Below are positions 61,060 through 64,000 of a stretch of 64,000 nt of DNA, piece by piece. How positions within the stretch are numbered: the first letter of the stretch is position 1; the number at the start of each line of letters is the position of its first letter. Origin of the DNA: Eubacteriales bacterium (GTDB lineage Bacteria > Bacillota > Clostridia > Oscillospirales > JAAYXM01); assembly GCA_045636865.1 (NCBI GenBank), contig JAZTYJ010000023.1:13013-77012 (forward strand), read 5' to 3'. The notes under the pieces were generated by a model that did not search any database, had not been told where the DNA came from, and saw only the letters and a program-made list of their open reading frames with translations. Made by a program: the position numbers and the translations under genes.

Positions 61060-63504
61060 TCACTCCGTGGGGGTTTCGTTTGTTGTGGTATCGTCTTGCG
61101 TCTCATCCGAAGTATCCGTTATGTCATCTTCGTTATTTTCCGTTTCGTCATCAGCAGCTTCATCTTTCGTAGTATCGGATAATTCAAAAGAATGGGAGGT
61201 GCAGACTGCGTTCATCGGTTTTTCCGCGCCGGAGGAGAAGAAGAACTGTCCGTCGGGCGGATTTGAATTGTGAAGAACATACTGTTCGTCAGAAACGATA
61301 ACTCCATCGAGTGTGAAGAACCTTTGGATGTTCATAAACGCGACGGTTTTTCTGATATCCGTCGGGCAGAACTGTGAAGCAAGCATACTTGACACGCTGT
61401 CGATTTCAACGTCTACGTGTACGTCGCAGGTATGTCTCGGAACATCGTCTTTATGGAAATATCCAGCAACAACAGCGTTGCCTCGCGGGTCATTCTTGCA
61501 GCTTTCGGACGGGAGAAGTCCGCTATACTGACAAACGTTGACGTATTTGAAATCTCCGCTTTTTTCAAAGTTTTTAACCTCAAGATTCTTATGCGCGGCA
61601 TTCATAACGCGCTTCCAGACGGTGAGCGCAGGGGAGAGCGACTTTGCAATATACTTCGGGTTGTCATAGCCAAACCACGCCGCACCGACGTAATACGGAG
61701 TATATCCGACAAACCAGCGGTCCTCGTCGTTGTTTGACGTACCTGTCTTCGCCGCCGCCGGCATACCGCGATCAAGCTTTGCATAAGTTCCCGTACCGCC
61801 CGTTACGACATTTCCGAGCATATAGGTCATATACTCTGCGGTTTTTCTGCTCATCGCCTTTGTCGGAGTTGATTCCTTTTCGATGAGGACATTACCGTCG
61901 CTGTCAAGTACCTTCGTATAAGTTCTCGGTTCAAAGTACGAACCGCCGTTAGCAAAAGGAACATATGCCGCGGCCATTTCGAGAGCAGTGATGCCGTTTG
62001 TGAGCTGACCGAGAGCAAGCGGTGCGAGATTTTTGTCGCCTTTTTTGGAAAGCGACTTAACGCCGAGGTTTGCTGTGAGGAAGTTGAACGAACGCTCAAT
62101 CGAGAGCTTGTCGAGGGTTTTCATGGAAACTGTATTGATAGATTGCTTTACAGCCTCGTTAATGTTTGTTCTGCCTGAATACGTTCTCGTTTCGTTTTTC
62201 GGATAAGCAGTACCGTTGAGCACAGTCATCGGGGCGTCATCCTCGACGGAGAACGGGGTAATGAGTCCGTACTCAATAGACGGAGCATAGACGGAAATCG
62301 GCTTAATCGACGATCCGGGCGGACGTTTTGTCTGTGTAGCGCGGTTTAAGATTCTCGAGCCCTGTTTTTTGCCTCTGCCGCCGCGCATAGCAACGATATC
62401 GCCGTTTTGCGGATCCATCATAATCATAGCGCATTCGGGCTGAACGTTGCCTGAATATTTGGGGAAGACACTGTCGCTTTCAAAAACCTCATCCATAGCG
62501 GCCTGAATTTCGGGATTAACAGTAGCGTATATTTTAAGACCGCCGGAATATATTGTTCTTACGGCAACATTCTCGGAATAACCGCGCAACTCGACGAGAT
62601 CGTCGATGAGGTCTTCGATAATCTGGTCAACGAAATACGACTGAATCTTTGAAGCCTGATTATTGCGTTTTTCCGTATTGAAAGCTATTTCCTCGACATT
62701 TGCGGCATCGCGCTCCTCTTCGGAAATCATATCAAGCTCATACATACGGTTTACGATGGTAGTTCTGCGTTCTTTGTTGTTTTCGGGGTGGATATAGGGA
62801 TTATAGTAAGACGGCAGATTGGTTATACCGACAAGTGCGGCAGATTCAGCAACGGTAAGCTCTGAAACATCTTTACCGTAGTATGCCTGAGCGGCAGTAC
62901 CGACACCGTAACAACCTTCACCGAGATAGATGGTGTTGAGATACATTTCGATAATGGTATCCTTATCGTAGTGACGTTCAAGATACAGCGCGCGCATAAT
63001 CTCCTGAAGCTTTCGCTTAACTGAATCCTGATTATCACCCGTGAGGTTTTTTACGAGCTGTTGAGTAATGGTTGATGCACCGTAGTCGCTCTTGAACTTA
63101 AAGAAGAGGTTTGCGCTTGCGGAGAGGGTGCGCTTCCAGTCGACGCCGTGGTGCTTCATAAAGCGGTGGTCCTCGATAGCGATGGCGGCATCCTTAAGAT
63201 GTACGGGCATATCCTCGAGGTCTACCCAGGTTCTGTTCTGCGAATCGTAGAGCCGTTCAAACTCGTGTTCCTCGCCGTTTTCATCGATGTAATAAACGAT
63301 AGAGGAGTAATTGAGCTTCATCGCCTCAAGCTCGATATCGACTTTAGCATCGAGAGAGAGCATGTAAGAGACGAAAACGAGCGTGCAAATACCGATAGTG
63401 CAGGCAAGTATCAAAAGCCCTGTACGGATGAAAAACCATGACAGGGAAGAAAAGAACGGATGGGATTTAAGTTTTTTAAAAGGGTTGTTTTTCTTGTCAG
63501 ACAC
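61060..63504 (-). CDS. class A penicillin-binding protein (PBP1A family)
   Basis: Transglycosylase EDHRF..H.G, GASTITQQLVKN and RKLQE; transpeptidase SSIK, SIN and KTG. Confidence 0.93.
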   Translation of the reverse strand: MSDKKNNPFKKLKSHPFFSSLSWFFIRTGLLILACTIGICTLVFVSYMLSLDAKVDIELEAMKLNYSSIVYYIDENGEEHEFERLYDSQNRTWVDLEDMPVHLKDAAIAIEDHRFMKHHGVDWKRTLSASANLFFKFKSDYGASTITQQLVKNLTGDNQDSVKRKLQEIMRALYLERHYDKDTIIEMYLNTIYLGEGCYGVGTAAQAYYGKDVSELTVAESAALVGITNLPSYYNPYIHPENNKERRTTIVNRMYELDMISEEERDAANVEEIAFNTEKRNNQASKIQSYFVDQIIEDLIDDLVELRGYSENVAVRTIYSGGLKIYATVNPEIQAAMDEVFESDSVFPKYSGNVQPECAMIMMDPQNGDIVAMRGGRGKKQGSRILNRATQTKRPPGSSIKPISVYAPSIEYGLITPFSVEDDAPMTVLNGTAYPKNETRTYSGRTNINEAVKQSINTVSMKTLDKLSIERSFNFLTANLGVKSLSKKGDKNLAPLALGQLTNGITALEMAAAYVPFANGGSYFEPRTYTKVLDSDGNVLIEKESTPTKAMSRKTAEYMTYMLGNVVTGGTGTYAKLDRGMPAAAKTGTSNNDEDRWFVGYTPYYVGAAWFGYDNPKYIAKSLSPALTVWKRVMNAAHKNLEVKNFEKSGDFKYVNVCQYSGLLPSESCKNDPRGNAVVAGYFHKDDVPRHTCDVHVDVEIDSVSSMLASQFCPTDIRKTVAFMNIQRFFTLDGVIVSDEQYVLHNSNPPDGQFFFSSGAEKPMNAVCTSHSFELSDTTKDEAADDETENNEDDITDTSDETQDDTTTNETPTE

Positions 63505-63623
63505 AACGACACCTCCGTAAAGTCAAATTCTAACATATTATATTATAATATATTTTTCCAAAAAAAGCTATATAAATTTAAAAACAACAAATTACCCATC
63601 CACTAAAGCATCAAACCCACATC

Positions 63624-63650
63624 GTAGGGGCGGATGCCCACATCGTCCGC
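63624..63650 (+). repeat. GTAG-family REP-like palindrome
   Basis: GTAG followed by the imperfect hairpin GGGCGGATG-CCCA-CATCGTCC. Confidence 0.55.
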
Positions 63651-63653
63651 AAA

Positions 63654-63702
63654 GCCCTCCTTGCCTAAAGGAGGGGGGACCGCTTCAGCGGTGGGAGGAT
63701 TC
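63654..63702 (+). repeat. GC-rich double-hairpin REP-like element
   Basis: CCCTCCTT-GCCTA-AAGGAGGG then ACCGC-TTCA-GCGGT; a GC-rich island in an AT-rich intergenic region. Confidence 0.45.
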
Positions 63703-63771
63703 AGGAGTGGGACTACCGAAGGTGTTGGAGAAATTGTGAATCTACAACAATATTTCAAAGGAGATGATTAA

Positions 63772-64000
63772 ATGCGAGCACGTATAACAGAGCTTGGATG
63801 CAAGGAAGTCATAAACGTCTGCGACGGCACGCGCTACGGCTTCGTAAACGACGTGGAGGTAGACTGCACGTGCGGCAAAATCGTGTCACTTATAATACAT
63901 GCGCCGTGTAAACTGAATATCTTTACAGGCAAAAAAGAGGATATTATCATTCCGTGGGAGAAAATAAAGCATATCGGCGAAGACATAATCCTCGTAGAAT
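63772..64000 (+). CDS. YlmC/YmxH family sporulation PRC-barrel protein, 3'-partial
   Basis: Manual translation gives MRARITELGCKEVINVCDGTRYGFVNDVEVD...IIIPWEKIKHIGEDIILVE; AAGGAG RBS; absent from the ORF track. Confidence 0.88.
   Translation, partial: MRARITELGCKEVINVCDGTRYGFVNDVEVDCTCGKIVSLIIHAPCKLNIFTGKKEDIIIPWEKIKHIGEDIILVE

Overview
Gene-dense core chromosome of a spore-forming clostridial Firmicute; the gene set and style suggest an Oscillospiraceae/Ruminococcaceae-like gut or rumen anaerobe, which is inference. In order: polC (5'-partial), fba, comEC-holA-rnmV, a spoIVFA/B-like pair, ylxM-ffh-rpsP-khpA-rimM-trmD, ymfF/H-lgt-folD, yceD-rpmF, DUF512-der-plsY-gpsA-rluB, an AI-2E permease and a 50-aa Cys-rich ORF. 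Next come a T-box (Tyr UAC specifier) operon of acyl-CoA ligase, Na+/solute symporter, iorAB, paaK and an ACT protein, then ugtP-like, spoVG, murC and a CPBP protease. A ZMP/ZTP riboswitch heads purE-C-F-M-N-purO-like-purH(C-terminal)-D-L-fhs, and a lysine riboswitch heads a LysW-like NhaC transporter. The window ends with spoIIAA-AB-sigF, DUF212-tex-tautomerase, CIRCE-groES-groEL, a THUMP methyltransferase, PBP1A, REP-like repeats and a 3'-partial ylmC. No rRNA, tRNA, CRISPR array, prophage or transposase was seen. The most interesting signals are the tyrosine-starvation-induced aryl-acid salvage operon, a PurF with an apparently inactive glutaminase domain, a SigK-type Cys-rich microprotein and a candidate YlxM operator.
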